This document shows positions 1 through 9,854 of a DNA stretch of 64,000 bases, in pieces. Within the stretch, counting starts at the first letter, position 1. Each line of letters begins with the position of its first letter. The stretch covers positions 4,976 through 68,975 of the forward strand of contig JACQKD010000001.1 of assembly GCA_016204695.1 (NCBI GenBank), given 5' to 3'. This DNA comes from Candidatus Kaiserbacteria bacterium. GTDB taxonomy: Bacteria; Patescibacteriota; Minisyncoccia; Phycocordibacterales; UBA918. The position numbers and the translations under genes are program-made. The notes under the pieces were generated by a model, which worked only from the letters and a program-made list of their open reading frames with translations, made no database searches and was not told where the DNA came from.

Positions 1-2889
1 ACAGTCAACTTCCAGGGTCTTCATGCCGCTTTCGCCAACAATACGGCCGCCAGTTACGGACCATATACGACATCCGCTCAGATTCTTGCGCTAGCGACCG
101 AAAACTTCAGCAGTACGGCGAAAGGATCGGCACTCACCTTCTCAACTACCGATAATACAACGACGACTCTCGACGAGCGGATGCGTATTGACCAAAACGG
201 CAACGTCGGCATCGGGACGACGGGACCGGGAGCAAACTTAGATATTGTTGGCGCTTCTGGTATGGGGAGCTTCAATCTCGGTTCCACTGCAAGTTCGGGA
301 TATCAAGCTCAGATCAGTTTCATGGACACGGATAATAGTGTCGCCGGGGACGGGGTTGGTGGAAGAAGAGTGGGAATTATAGAACTAGCGAAAGTAGCCG
401 GCTCCGCAGGTCAAGATGGCGCAAATATGCTTTTGTACACGCATCAAGCAAATGGGAGTTTGAAGAATCCTCTGACGTTAATGGGAACGGGGGATGTGAT
501 AATGAACGCTGGCAACATCGGCATCGGGACGACGGATACGACTACCGGCGGGTTTAGCAATAAGATGGTTGTTAAACAGTCGGCGAATGCCAACTGGAGA
601 GGGATCGCCGTAGAGGGAACTGACGACACCGTGCTCTCTATGGATTATCTCGGCTCAAATGTATTTGGTCTCTTCACCAGCTATCGAAGTGGTGGCGGAT
701 ACTCACATATATCCTTCGGACCCGGTGGTACTGAAAAAATGAGAATCACAACCGACGGCAACGTCGGCATCGGGGAAACGGTACCAGTCAATCGCTTGCA
801 TATCCAAGGTTCCGGAACGAGTGGTCAAGTTACAGCGGCTATGCTTCTGGAAAACTCATCTTCAGGAACACTTGGTTTCGACATTACTGGAGCAGCTGGT
901 TCAAGCTACGCTAGATTCCAGTATGGTGGCGGTCCTGGCACCGGTACAAACAGTATGACCGGCACGGCAATGATTATCGGCTTGGAAGGTTCGATAGCCG
1001 GCGACATCGGCATCGGGACGACGGGGCCGGGGGCTAGATTGGATGTTGATAGCACTGACAGTTCGCAGGTAATCGTACGGAGAACCTCAGGATCAGGTGT
1101 GAGTACGGATCATGCCATCGCCTTTATTAATGGTTCAGCTACGGATTACGTAGGCAAAATCGGTCATCTTGGTTCACTGACTGGGGGGTGGACTTTTGAT
1201 ATGTGGACTGATGAAAATTATCCTTTGACTTTTTGGAATAACAGTACTGAAAAAATGAGAATAGATCAAACTGGCCACGTCGGCATCGGAACGACGAGTC
1301 CGAGTTCAGTGTTACCGAACGGATTTACGGGAGCAAACGGAAAAATTCTCGCGCTTGAATCCGCAGGGAGTAACGGAAGCACGGGAATATTCTTGAGACG
1401 CGGCGCAAGCCCAACCGATGTGGGACTTGACATGTGGTCTGACAGTGCAAACGGGCCGGTGTATTTGGACAGCAGGTATGTCATCACCACCAGTAATGGA
1501 GGATTTAGATTTAGGACGCAAACAGCCGGTACGCCCGTAGAGGCTGTCGCCATCAACGGAGCCGGCAACGTCGGCATTGGCACCAACGCGCCGGCATATC
1601 CGCTTGATGTGAATGTAAACGGAAGTTATGCAAGATTTTATACGAGTTCAGGCGCAAGTACGGTTATGATTACTTCTTCCACCGGAAACGCGGCAACACT
1701 GGCATTCAATGTCAACAGTTCGGTCATTAATGTACAGAAACTGAGCACCGGCCCACTCATGATCAACGACTCGAGCTTCAATACGCTCATCAACCGAGAC
1801 GGCGGCAGTGTCGGGATGGGAGATCCAACTCCCGACTTCAAACTCGATGTCTGGGGCACTATCTGTCAGGACACGGACTCCAACGACACATGCGATGGCG
1901 CAGTAACCTCGGACGCACGGCTCAAGACGAACGTGGAGAATATTGACGACCCGCTCGCAAAGCTCGCCCTCCTGCGAGGCGTGTCATTCGACTGGGACGA
2001 GACCAATCCCGTCACTGAACACCTCGGCAGAGGTACTCGCCAGATCGGCGTCATCGCCCAGGAAGTCGAGGCGGTCTTCCCCTCTTTGGTCTATACCGAC
2101 ATGCAGGGATACAAGATGGTTGACTATCAGAAACTTGTCGGGCCGCTTATCGAGGGGGTGAATGTGCTCAATATGAAAATAGACGACATCGCGACGACGA
2201 CCGACATTGACACACTTCTTGCCGCATCCGGATATGAAGGATTTGCGGATTCGAGCAGTCTGGTGACCGATGCCATTACCGCCGTCTCCATTCTTATCGA
2301 CGGAAGCATCAAAAAGATACAAGGCGGCGTCTATGCGGCTGTGGGCATGTTCGACACGCTCATCAGCGATATGCTCATCGTGACGCAGGCCGATATTGAA
2401 CGGGCGCGCATCGAGCATCTGGAGACCGAGGAGCTGTGCGTCGGGGACGTGTGCGTCCTTGAGGACGATTTCCTGCGGGTGTTCGGCGATGGTACGGGAA
2501 CAAGCACGGCACAGACGGGTGCGGAAAGTTCCGACACTTCCTCACCAAGTGCTTCTACAGGAAGTACGGCAAGCAGTACACCGAGCGATGCAAATGATAC
2601 TGGGACAACTACGCCTGTGCCGGAAACGACTCCTTTGGACGCGGGAGACACCGCAAGCGATACCGGCGGCTCGGGGACGACCGAATCCGGAACGACGACT
2701 GCATCGGAAGCTACATCGGAGCCGGCATCTGACACAGCCGCGGATGCGGGGAGCGCCACGGCCGCAGAAGAATCGGCAGGTGCCGATTCTTCTGCGGCCG
2801 AGCCTTCTTCTGAACCTCCTTCGGAGTCTGCCGCATCTTCCGAGCCGTCCGGGGACGCGGGGACCGATTCTGCTCCGACAGGTGGGTAG
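1..2889 (+). CDS. Large tail-fibre-like surface protein with GNVGIGT repeats and a peptidase S74 intramolecular chaperone domain (5'-truncated by window edge)
   Basis: Frame +1 is open from base 1. Repeated (E)KMRI..GNVGIGT units, S74 motif SDARLKTNV...LRGVSFDW...GVIAQEVE, and an S/T/A/E-rich C-terminal tail. Confidence 0.85.
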   Translation, partial: TVNFQGLHAAFANNTAASYGPYTTSAQILALATENFSSTAKGSALTFSTTDNTTTTLDERMRIDQNGNVGIGTTGPGANLDIVGASGMGSFNLGSTASSGYQAQISFMDTDNSVAGDGVGGRRVGIIELAKVAGSAGQDGANMLLYTHQANGSLKNPLTLMGTGDVIMNAGNIGIGTTDTTTGGFSNKMVVKQSANANWRGIAVEGTDDTVLSMDYLGSNVFGLFTSYRSGGGYSHISFGPGGTEKMRITTDGNVGIGETVPVNRLHIQGSGTSGQVTAAMLLENSSSGTLGFDITGAAGSSYARFQYGGGPGTGTNSMTGTAMIIGLEGSIAGDIGIGTTGPGARLDVDSTDSSQVIVRRTSGSGVSTDHAIAFINGSATDYVGKIGHLGSLTGGWTFDMWTDENYPLTFWNNSTEKMRIDQTGHVGIGTTSPSSVLPNGFTGANGKILALESAGSNGSTGIFLRRGASPTDVGLDMWSDSANGPVYLDSRYVITTSNGGFRFRTQTAGTPVEAVAINGAGNVGIGTNAPAYPLDVNVNGSYARFYTSSGASTVMITSSTGNAATLAFNVNSSVINVQKLSTGPLMINDSSFNTLINRDGGSVGMGDPTPDFKLDVWGTICQDTDSNDTCDGAVTSDARLKTNVENIDDPLAKLALLRGVSFDWDETNPVTEHLGRGTRQIGVIAQEVEAVFPSLVYTDMQGYKMVDYQKLVGPLIEGVNVLNMKIDDIATTTDIDTLLAASGYEGFADSSSLVTDAITAVSILIDGSIKKIQGGVYAAVGMFDTLISDMLIVTQADIERARIEHLETEELCVGDVCVLEDDFLRVFGDGTGTSTAQTGAESSDTSSPSASTGSTASSTPSDANDTGTTTPVPETTPLDAGDTASDTGGSGTTESGTTTASEATSEPASDTAADAGSATAAEESAGADSSAAEPSSEPPSESAASSEPSGDAGTDSAPTGG

Positions 2890-2906
2890 TATGATATACT
2901 TCAACT

Positions 2907-3128
2907 ATGACTACAAAACAGCTTGAAAAAGCCATTGAAAAGGTGCGGCTCCTCTCGCGAGAGCGGCAAGTAGCCGCGGCTTCGGCACTTGAGCTCATAG
3001 CTCATCCAGACGATGCCTTGACCTCCTCTGAAATCAAGGGAGTGAAGCAAGCGCGAGCCTCCGTTCACGCCGGAAGGTATGCCGACAATAGAGCAGTCAC
3101 TGCGTTTTTCCGTCGTTTTAGTGTATGA
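2907..3128 (+). CDS. Putative antitoxin (73 aa) of a ParE/RelE toxin-antitoxin pair
   Basis: Small ORF directly upstream of a ParE-like ORF; its TGA overlaps the next ATG (ATGA); TATACT lies 6 nt before the start. Confidence 0.65.
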   Translation: MTTKQLEKAIEKVRLLSRERQVAAASALELIAHPDDALTSSEIKGVKQARASVHAGRYADNRAVTAFFRRFSV

Positions 3129-3240
3129 ACCGGATGAGGTTCCGATGCGAAGACTTGGAGCATCGGAAGACCTTGCGCGCCTGTTTTGTGAACGAAGCGA
3201 GACAAAACAGGCGCAAGGTGTACTGAACCTGTAAGGTTCT
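3117..3240 (+). repeat. Structured multi-hairpin element, copy 1
   Basis: Stems TTCCGATGC/GCATCGGAA, ACCTTGCG(CG)CCTGTTTTGT/ACAAAACAGGCGCAAGGT and GAACCT/AGGTTC; homologous to 16008-16119. Confidence 0.85.
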
Positions 3241-3509
3241 CTGAACTCGCCTTGCATGATCTGGACGAGATTGCGGCGTATCTTGCGAATGAGAGTGAAA
3301 CACTCGCAAAGAGGGTCATCAACAACCTTGAGGGGTTTTGTTTTGTACTGGGCATTATGCCGGAGTTGGGTCGTCCATCGGAAATAGTGGGAGTGCGCAA
3401 ACTGGTTACTACGCGCTACCGTTATAAAATAATCTATGAGATTCGTACTGCTAAAAAAGAAGTCGTGATTCTGCGAGTCTATCACAGCACTCGAAAGATG
3501 CAGTATTAG
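3125..3509 (+). pseudogene. ParE/RelE-family toxin with its 5' end interrupted by a structured element
   Basis: The frame from 3231 reads VRFSELALHDLDEIAAYL...PELGRP...YKIIYEI...VVILRVYHSTR (ParE-like). The coupled ATG at 3125 is in another frame, and the toxin frame has a TGA at 3189-3191. Confidence 0.7.
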
Positions 3510-3584
3510 GCAGTATGCATTCGAAATCAAGCGCATGCACAGCGGACATGGCGACTGTCTGCATGCGTGGGATATACTGTATCT

Positions 3585-4619
3585 ATGAAAAAGGTACGCG
3601 TGGCGATAAACGGGTTTGGGAGGATAGGGCGGGCGTTTTTCCGCATGGCCGAAGGTCGGGATGACCTGGAGATTGTGGCAATAAACGACCTCGGTTCGCT
3701 TGAGAATCTTGCGTACTTATTAAAATATGACACTGCCTACGGGCGCAGTCCGTTTGGGGTCGAGGTGAAAGATGGCAACCTCGTTGCGGCGGGGAAGACG
3801 GTACGCTTCGTGAGCGAGCGGGAGCCGGCACAGCTTCCATGGAAAGAGCTTGATATTGATGTGGTGGTGGAGGCGACGGGCATTTTCACGACCTACGAAG
3901 CCGCGAAGGCGCATCGTGATGCGGGCGCAAAGCGCGTGGTGCTCACCGCTCCGGCGAAGGATGAGCCGGAGAAAGCGGGAGTGAAGGGCGCGACCGTGCT
4001 CATGGGCATCAACGACGAACACCTTGCGGACTATGAAATCACCTCGAATGCGTCATGTACGACCAATGCCGCAAGTCCCTTGGTCGCCATTCTCGACGAA
4101 GCGATTGGCATCGAGCGCGCGCTTCTGAATACGACGCATGCGTATACCGCGTCGCAGTCGCTCGTTGACGGTCCGAATAAAAAAGACCTCCGCGATGGCC
4201 GTGCCGCCGCACATAACATGATTCCGAGTACCACCGGCGCGGCCATCGCAGTGACCAAGGCGTATCCCAAGCTCGAAGGAAAATTCGACGGGCTGTCGGT
4301 GCGCGTGCCGGTCATCGTCGGGTCGCTCGTTGACGTGACATTTGTCGCGTCGCGGGCGACGACGGTGGAGGAGGTCAATAATGCACTCAAAGCCGCCGCG
4401 GCATCCGAGCGGTGGCGGGGGATTTTCGCAGTGACGGAAGAGCCGCTGGTATCAAGCGATATCATCGGCGCGACCTATGCCTCCATCGCCGACCTCGGCA
4501 ATACGCTCGTCGCAGATGGCACGCTCGTCAAGGTGCTCGCGTGGTACGACAACGAAACCAGTTACACCCACACGCTTGTCGAGCATGTCGTTGCGCTCGG
4601 CAAGACGGTTGGTGCATAG
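3585..4619 (+). CDS. gap: Glyceraldehyde-3-phosphate dehydrogenase
   Basis: VAINGFGRIGR, SNASCTTN and AWYDNE motifs. Confidence 0.97.
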   Translation: MKKVRVAINGFGRIGRAFFRMAEGRDDLEIVAINDLGSLENLAYLLKYDTAYGRSPFGVEVKDGNLVAAGKTVRFVSEREPAQLPWKELDIDVVVEATGIFTTYEAAKAHRDAGAKRVVLTAPAKDEPEKAGVKGATVLMGINDEHLADYEITSNASCTTNAASPLVAILDEAIGIERALLNTTHAYTASQSLVDGPNKKDLRDGRAAAHNMIPSTTGAAIAVTKAYPKLEGKFDGLSVRVPVIVGSLVDVTFVASRATTVEEVNNALKAAAASERWRGIFAVTEEPLVSSDIIGATYASIADLGNTLVADGTLVKVLAWYDNETSYTHTLVEHVVALGKTVGA

Positions 4620-4659
4620 GTGTAGCGCCTCTACCAAGAATAGACTTTTTCAATTTCTC

Positions 4660-5115
4660 ATGAAAATACTCTTCGGGACGGATCATGCGGGGTTTGAAAT
4701 GAAAGAGGCGCTCGTTGCGTTTGTACGGAACGAGCTCGGGCATGAAGTCGAAGACATGGGCGCGTATGAGTATGACGAGGGTGATGACTATCCCGATTTC
4801 GTCTCGAAGGTAGCCGCTCGCGTCGCCGCAGGCGACGCGAGCGAAATCCGCGGTGTTATCCTCGGCGGCTCCGGCCAAGGGGAGGCCATGGTTGCCAACC
4901 GCAGGAAAGGCGTGCGCGCCGCAGTCTATTATGGCGGCAATCAAGGTATTCCGGCGCTTTCGCGCGAGCACAACGATGCGAACGTACTTTCGCTCGGCGC
5001 GCGCTTCCTGTCGCTCGAAGAGGCGAAAGAAGCGGTGACGACATGGCTCGACGCGCGATTCGGCGGCGAAGAACGTCATGTTCGCCGGATCAGAAAAATC
5101 GATACCTCGTTATGA
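4660..5115 (+). CDS. rpiB: Ribose-5-phosphate isomerase B family protein
   Basis: GTDHAGF, DDYPD, GGSGQGE, SREHNDANVL and RH.RR motifs. Confidence 0.93.
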   Translation: MKILFGTDHAGFEMKEALVAFVRNELGHEVEDMGAYEYDEGDDYPDFVSKVAARVAAGDASEIRGVILGGSGQGEAMVANRRKGVRAAVYYGGNQGIPALSREHNDANVLSLGARFLSLEEAKEAVTTWLDARFGGEERHVRRIRKIDTSL

Positions 5116-5651
5116 GTCTTGTCATATATCGTACATCGCAGGGCAGGATCTTCGAATACTTTGTCATTTTTTCTCTTATCGCGCTCGCAAGCGCCGGCGC
5201 GGCTGTTTTTTTGGGAGGTCAATTTGCACAGGCGCGCGATGCCCAGCGCATCGGAGACATCGGGACCCTTCGCAATGCGCTTGAGCTCTATCGTGTGGAC
5301 CACGGAGCCTATCCGAGCGTACCATCGGCGACTAGTGTCGACGCTTCGTGGGGCGTTCTTGAAGAAACTCTGCGCCCATATATATCTCTGATACCCCAGG
5401 ATCCGATCAACAAGATGTCGGAGGAGGGCGCGGCGCCGTTTGTCTACGGATATTACAGCGCCAAGAAACGTGATACGGCAGATACCGTCGTGCGTGGTCC
5501 TGACAACTACGTGATCACTTTTCGGCTTGAAAAACCGGAGAAAGCCTTTCGCCACTCGGCGATCAACATTGGTGTGGTCACGACGCACGGATTCTCTTCG
5601 CCGCTTGAGCTCACCGACAGCGCCGGCGTATATCTTGTCCGGGCTCCATAA
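5112..5651 (+). CDS. GspG/type IV pilin-like protein with a degenerate prepilin motif
   Basis: Hydrophobic N-terminal helix followed by ARDAQR..DI..L.NALELY..DHG.YP and a P.DP motif; N-terminus reads QGRIFEYF instead of GFTLIE. Confidence 0.75.
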   Translation: MSLVIYRTSQGRIFEYFVIFSLIALASAGAAVFLGGQFAQARDAQRIGDIGTLRNALELYRVDHGAYPSVPSATSVDASWGVLEETLRPYISLIPQDPINKMSEEGAAPFVYGYYSAKKRDTADTVVRGPDNYVITFRLEKPEKAFRHSAINIGVVTTHGFSSPLELTDSAGVYLVRAP

Positions 5652-5659
5652 ACATCGAT

Positions 5660-6343
5660 ATGCTCACGCCTTCCGTCATACCCGCAATCATTCCGCAGTC
5701 ACTTGCGCATCTTCGAGCATGCATCGGCCGGCTTGCGGGGGCGGCGCGCGAGATACAGATAGACATTGTCGACGGGATATTCGTTCCGGAAAAAAGCTGG
5801 CCGTATCTCGACGGAGATCGAGATGCGAATATCGCAGAACTTGCCGCCGCCGTGCCGGAAGATCTTTCGTACGAACTTGACCTCATGGTCGCGGGTCAAT
5901 CGCTTGATCTCTCCTCCTGGCTTGCGCAAAACCCAGGACAGGTCGTATTGCATGTCGAGAGTTTTTCAGATGATGCCGGTCTTGCGCAGGCAATCACCGA
6001 GACGCACATGTACGGCCGGATGGTCGCGCTTGCGCTCAACAATGACACACCGCTTGAACGGCTCGCGCCTCACTTGCTCGACATTGACGGTGTGCAATGC
6101 ATGGGTATCGCCGAGATCGGCGCGCAGGGGCGGTCGTTTGACGAACGCGTGCTCAATCGCATTCGGGAAATACGCTCGAAGTATCCCGAGCTGTCTATCG
6201 GCGTGGACGGCAGTGTGAATGAAGAAACAATCATGCGGTTAAAGGAGGCCGGCGCAAATCGCTTTGTCGTCGGCTCCGCGGTCTTCGATACTCCCGATCC
6301 GGCCCAAGCGTACGACGCACTCTCCAAGCTTGTCGCTCTATGA
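5660..6343 (+). CDS. rpe: Ribulose-phosphate 3-epimerase
   Basis: QIDIVDGIFVP, LDLMV, IGVDGSVN and GSAVF motifs; pentose-phosphate gene context. Confidence 0.88.
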   Translation: MLTPSVIPAIIPQSLAHLRACIGRLAGAAREIQIDIVDGIFVPEKSWPYLDGDRDANIAELAAAVPEDLSYELDLMVAGQSLDLSSWLAQNPGQVVLHVESFSDDAGLAQAITETHMYGRMVALALNNDTPLERLAPHLLDIDGVQCMGIAEIGAQGRSFDERVLNRIREIRSKYPELSIGVDGSVNEETIMRLKEAGANRFVVGSAVFDTPDPAQAYDALSKLVAL

Positions 6344-7362
6344 AAAACTTCCGAACAGTACTCGCAGTGACAGCCGTACTGTGTATCTCTCTTGTGCTTG
6401 CGCGTACGTCCGAGACCGGCGCGCACATACTCGGCCAGCTTGCCGGTGTAATCGGGATAGATATGGAGAGCGTGTATCGATATCAGGAGATGCGCGGTAT
6501 CAATCGCGATCTGGGGGTCGGAGATTCCGGCGAGGATGTGCGGTTGGTGCAGGAGGCGCTTGTTGCCCTCACGGAAAATTTTCCCGAAGAGAACATAACC
6601 GGTTACTTCGGCGCCAAGACTTCGGCGGCGCTCGCGGAGTATCAGAAAGAAACGGATCTTCCCGTCACCGGCACGGTGGACACGGCGACCCAGACGCATT
6701 TCAATACTCTTTATTTTACAAAACTGTGTCCGCAGGCGAGGAAGAAGGGTCCCTTCAAGAACGAGATACTCGTCGAGGTCAACAAGGACACGGCGCTCCC
6801 GAAAAAGTACGTGCCGCACAATCTTATCGACGTCTCGAGTATCGTGAAGACGACGAGTGTCGCATGTCTCAAACGGGAAGTCGTATCGTCGCTGAAGAAA
6901 ATGATGCGCGATGCCTCACGCGACGGCGTGACGCTTGCGGTTACCTCCGGCTTCCGGCGGCCGGAGATCCAAGGCATACTGCAGGATATTTGGACCGCCG
7001 TTATCGGCGAGGAAGCGACGGAGAGGAGTGTGGCCGAACCGTCCCATTCGGAACACCAGCTTGGCACGACGATTGACCTCTCGGGAGCGTCAAACGGATT
7101 TCGCGGCGGCGACAGCGGTTTTGGCGGGACGCCGGAAAGCGAATGGCTCCAGACGCATGGACACGAATACGGATTTGTCATGAGCTACCCGGCGGGAAAG
7201 GAGAATGTTACCGGCTATATCTATGAGCCGTGGCATTATCGTTTCCTCGGCAAGGAAGCCGCCCGGGAGATTTTTAAAAAGAAGATAAGCGTTGAGGAGT
7301 ATTTCGGTTCTCACAGCGGACGTGCATCCGGGGACGACGACACGGGAGACGACGAGGGATGA
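6340..7362 (+). CDS. Peptidoglycan-binding domain plus M15B (VanY-like) D,D-carboxypeptidase
   Basis: Signal or anchor sequence; PG-binding motif GDSGEDV..VQ..L...G.FG.KT; SGFR, SEHQLG..IDL and YEPWHYR motifs. Confidence 0.88.
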   Translation: MKNFRTVLAVTAVLCISLVLARTSETGAHILGQLAGVIGIDMESVYRYQEMRGINRDLGVGDSGEDVRLVQEALVALTENFPEENITGYFGAKTSAALAEYQKETDLPVTGTVDTATQTHFNTLYFTKLCPQARKKGPFKNEILVEVNKDTALPKKYVPHNLIDVSSIVKTTSVACLKREVVSSLKKMMRDASRDGVTLAVTSGFRRPEIQGILQDIWTAVIGEEATERSVAEPSHSEHQLGTTIDLSGASNGFRGGDSGFGGTPESEWLQTHGHEYGFVMSYPAGKENVTGYIYEPWHYRFLGKEAAREIFKKKISVEEYFGSHSGRASGDDDTGDDEG

Positions 7363-7423
7363 TACGCGACATCTTCACATATCACTTCCTTACAGCTCTC
7401 GCTTTTTGCGGTACACTGTGACC

Positions 7424-8320
7424 ATGCAGTTTCTCTCCGATGAGGACGTATTCGGACTCGAAAAGAAGGCGAACGAGATTCGCCAGAGCGTGATTGAGAT
7501 GCTCGTTGCCGCCGGAAGCGGACATACCGCCGGGCCGCTTGATATGGCGGATGTGTTCACGCTCCTTTATTTTCATATCTTGCACCACCGGCCGAATGAG
7601 CCGCTTTGGTCCGAACGCGACCGGCTCATACTTTCAAACGGGCACATTTGTCCGGTACTCTACGCGACACTCGCGCACGCCGGCTATTTTCCAAAAGAAG
7701 AGCTGATGACTTTGCGCAAATTCGGTACGCGATTGCAGGGACATCCGCACCGTGAAGCGCTTCCGGGACTTGAGACGACATCCGGCCCGCTCGGCTCCGG
7801 ACTTTCCCAAGCGCTCGGCATGGCGCTCGCCGAGCGGATGGACAATCCGTATTCAAGCAAATACTTTTACTGTCTCACCGGCGACGGGGAGCTTGACGAG
7901 GGACAAATATGGGAGGCGTTCATGCATGCGGGCAAGGAACAGCTCCATAATCTCATCGTCATCATCGACCGCAATGGCATTCAGATTGACGGGTACACGA
8001 CCGACGTGATGCCGCTTGAGCCGCTCGCCGAAAAGCTCTCCGCGTTCAACTGGGACGTACAAGAAGTGGACGGACACAACATGCGGATGCTCAACGACGC
8101 CATCGGCAAGGCGCAGTCAGTGTACAGCCAGCCGTCGGTCATCATTGCGCACACCATCCCCTCGCGCGGCGTGGATGTGTTTGAGCGCGACTTCCGTTGG
8201 CACGGCAATCCTCCCGGTAAAGGCCCGGAAGACCGCGTCAAGCGCGGTGAACAAGCGGAGGTTGCGCTTCGGAGACTGCGGACTCTTGCCGGACATATTA
8301 CCGCTCCTGATCATTCGTAA
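7424..8320 (+). CDS. Transketolase, N-terminal (TPP-binding) subunit
   Basis: GSGH, RDRLILSNGH, LQGHP, SGPLGSG and GDGELDEG motifs. Confidence 0.95.
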   Translation: MQFLSDEDVFGLEKKANEIRQSVIEMLVAAGSGHTAGPLDMADVFTLLYFHILHHRPNEPLWSERDRLILSNGHICPVLYATLAHAGYFPKEELMTLRKFGTRLQGHPHREALPGLETTSGPLGSGLSQALGMALAERMDNPYSSKYFYCLTGDGELDEGQIWEAFMHAGKEQLHNLIVIIDRNGIQIDGYTTDVMPLEPLAEKLSAFNWDVQEVDGHNMRMLNDAIGKAQSVYSQPSVIIAHTIPSRGVDVFERDFRWHGNPPGKGPEDRVKRGEQAEVALRRLRTLAGHITAPDHS

Positions 8321-8329
8321 TTTTCAAGT

Positions 8330-9313
8330 ATGCCCGCGGAACACCTCAACAAAAAACTCTTTGACGAAGACATTGAGCGCGTACCCAATCGCGACGGTTT
8401 CGGCGAGGGCTTGCGCGAGGCGGGCGAGCGCGACAAACAAGTGGTCGCGCTCTGCGGCGACCTCACCGAGTCCACGCGGATGAGTATTTTTGCCGAGCAG
8501 TTTCCCGAGCGGTTCGTGCAGGTCGGCGTCGCCGAGCAATCGATGGCGTCGGTCGCTTCCGGCATGGCGGCGATGGGAAAGGTGCCGTTTATGGCTTCAT
8601 ACGCGATGTTTTCACCGGGACGCAATTGGGAGCAGATTCGCACGACGATTGCATACAACAACACGAACGTGAAAATAATCGGCTCGCATGCGGGTGTCTC
8701 CGTCGGTCCCGACGGCGCGACGCACCAGGCGATCGAAGACATCGCGCTTACGCGCGTCATGCCGAACATGACGGTGGTGGTGCCGTGCGACTCGATTGAG
8801 GCGAAGAAGGCGACGCTTGCGGCCGCAAGCCACATCGGTCCGCTCTACATCCGCCTCGCCCGCGAAAAGACCCCGGTCGTCACGACTGCCGACTCCCCTT
8901 TTGTTGTCGGGAAAGCGGAGGTGTATCTTTCTCCCGAAGGAAAAGAGAAAAAGATTGGAATCATCGCGTGCGGGACGATACTTCATAATGCGTTGCTCGC
9001 GGGCAAACGACTCAATGATGAAGGTATCGGCACGTCGGTGATGAACCTCGCGACCATCAAACCGCTCGATGAAGAAGCAGTACTTGCGTACGCGAAAGAA
9101 CACGAGGTTATTGTGACCGTCGAAGAACACCAAATCGCCGGAGGCATGGGTTCCGCCGTTGCCGAACTGCTCTCGGAAAAACATCCCCTGCGCGTCGTGC
9201 GTATCGGAGTCCGCGACCAATTCGGCCAGTCCGGCGAACCGGACGAACTGCTCAAACACTACGGCATCGATGTTGACAGCCTCTATGAGGCCGCAAAGAA
9301 TCGTGCAGTATAG
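8330..9313 (+). CDS. Transketolase, C-terminal subunit
   Basis: VGVAEQ, GPDGATHQ, IKPLD and VEEH motifs. Confidence 0.95.
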   Translation: MPAEHLNKKLFDEDIERVPNRDGFGEGLREAGERDKQVVALCGDLTESTRMSIFAEQFPERFVQVGVAEQSMASVASGMAAMGKVPFMASYAMFSPGRNWEQIRTTIAYNNTNVKIIGSHAGVSVGPDGATHQAIEDIALTRVMPNMTVVVPCDSIEAKKATLAAASHIGPLYIRLAREKTPVVTTADSPFVVGKAEVYLSPEGKEKKIGIIACGTILHNALLAGKRLNDEGIGTSVMNLATIKPLDEEAVLAYAKEHEVIVTVEEHQIAGGMGSAVAELLSEKHPLRVVRIGVRDQFGQSGEPDELLKHYGIDVDSLYEAAKNRAV

Positions 9314-9323
9314 TTATAGAAAC

Positions 9324-9836
9324 ATGAACATGCAATCCGGAAATAGAGGACGCGGCTTCACCCTGATCGAACTCCTCGTCGTTATCGCCATCATCGGGCT
9401 CCTTGCGAGTGTCGTGATGGCGAATTTGAATAGTGCGCGGGCGAAAGCGAGAAATGTCCGGAGACAGGCCGACCTCAGTCAGATACAACGCGCACTTGAG
9501 TTTTATTACGATACGAATGGGCGATATCCTGCCTATGACGGAAGCCAGAGTGGCCTTCCGAATTGTGGCGGTTGGGCGCTAAACCATCCTTCGTACATGA
9601 CTTGCTGGAACGATTTGCAGGCGCGTCTTGCCCCGTATCTCTCCCAGTTGCCGGTCGATCCGACTCCAACCAACACACCGTATCACTATACTGCCAACTG
9701 GTGGTATAACGGCTCGGGATATGTTGCGTTCCAGGGCGGCGTCGGCCAAGGATTTGCATTACTCGCTTACCCTGAACCGGGTCTGGGATTCGGCATGGGA
9801 TGCTGGCCGGGATATTACACCGTATGTGTGAAGTAA
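9324..9836 (+). CDS. Type IV pilin / GspG-like prepilin
   Basis: RGFTLIELLVVIAIIGLLASVV class III signal; C-terminal Cys pair. Confidence 0.92.
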   Translation: MNMQSGNRGRGFTLIELLVVIAIIGLLASVVMANLNSARAKARNVRRQADLSQIQRALEFYYDTNGRYPAYDGSQSGLPNCGGWALNHPSYMTCWNDLQARLAPYLSQLPVDPTPTNTPYHYTANWWYNGSGYVAFQGGVGQGFALLAYPEPGLGFGMGCWPGYYTVCVK

Positions 9837-9854
9837 AAGACAACAATAGCTCGG

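Noticed and set aside
1-2889. Prophage suggested by a tail-fibre/S74 protein
   Set aside because: No other phage genes follow, and such proteins are typical chromosomal surface proteins in CPR. The region upstream of the window cannot be seen.
3129-3160. Hammerhead ribozyme suggested by CGGATGAG...CGAA
   Set aside because: The core is not CUGAUGA/GAAA and is not conserved in copy 2.
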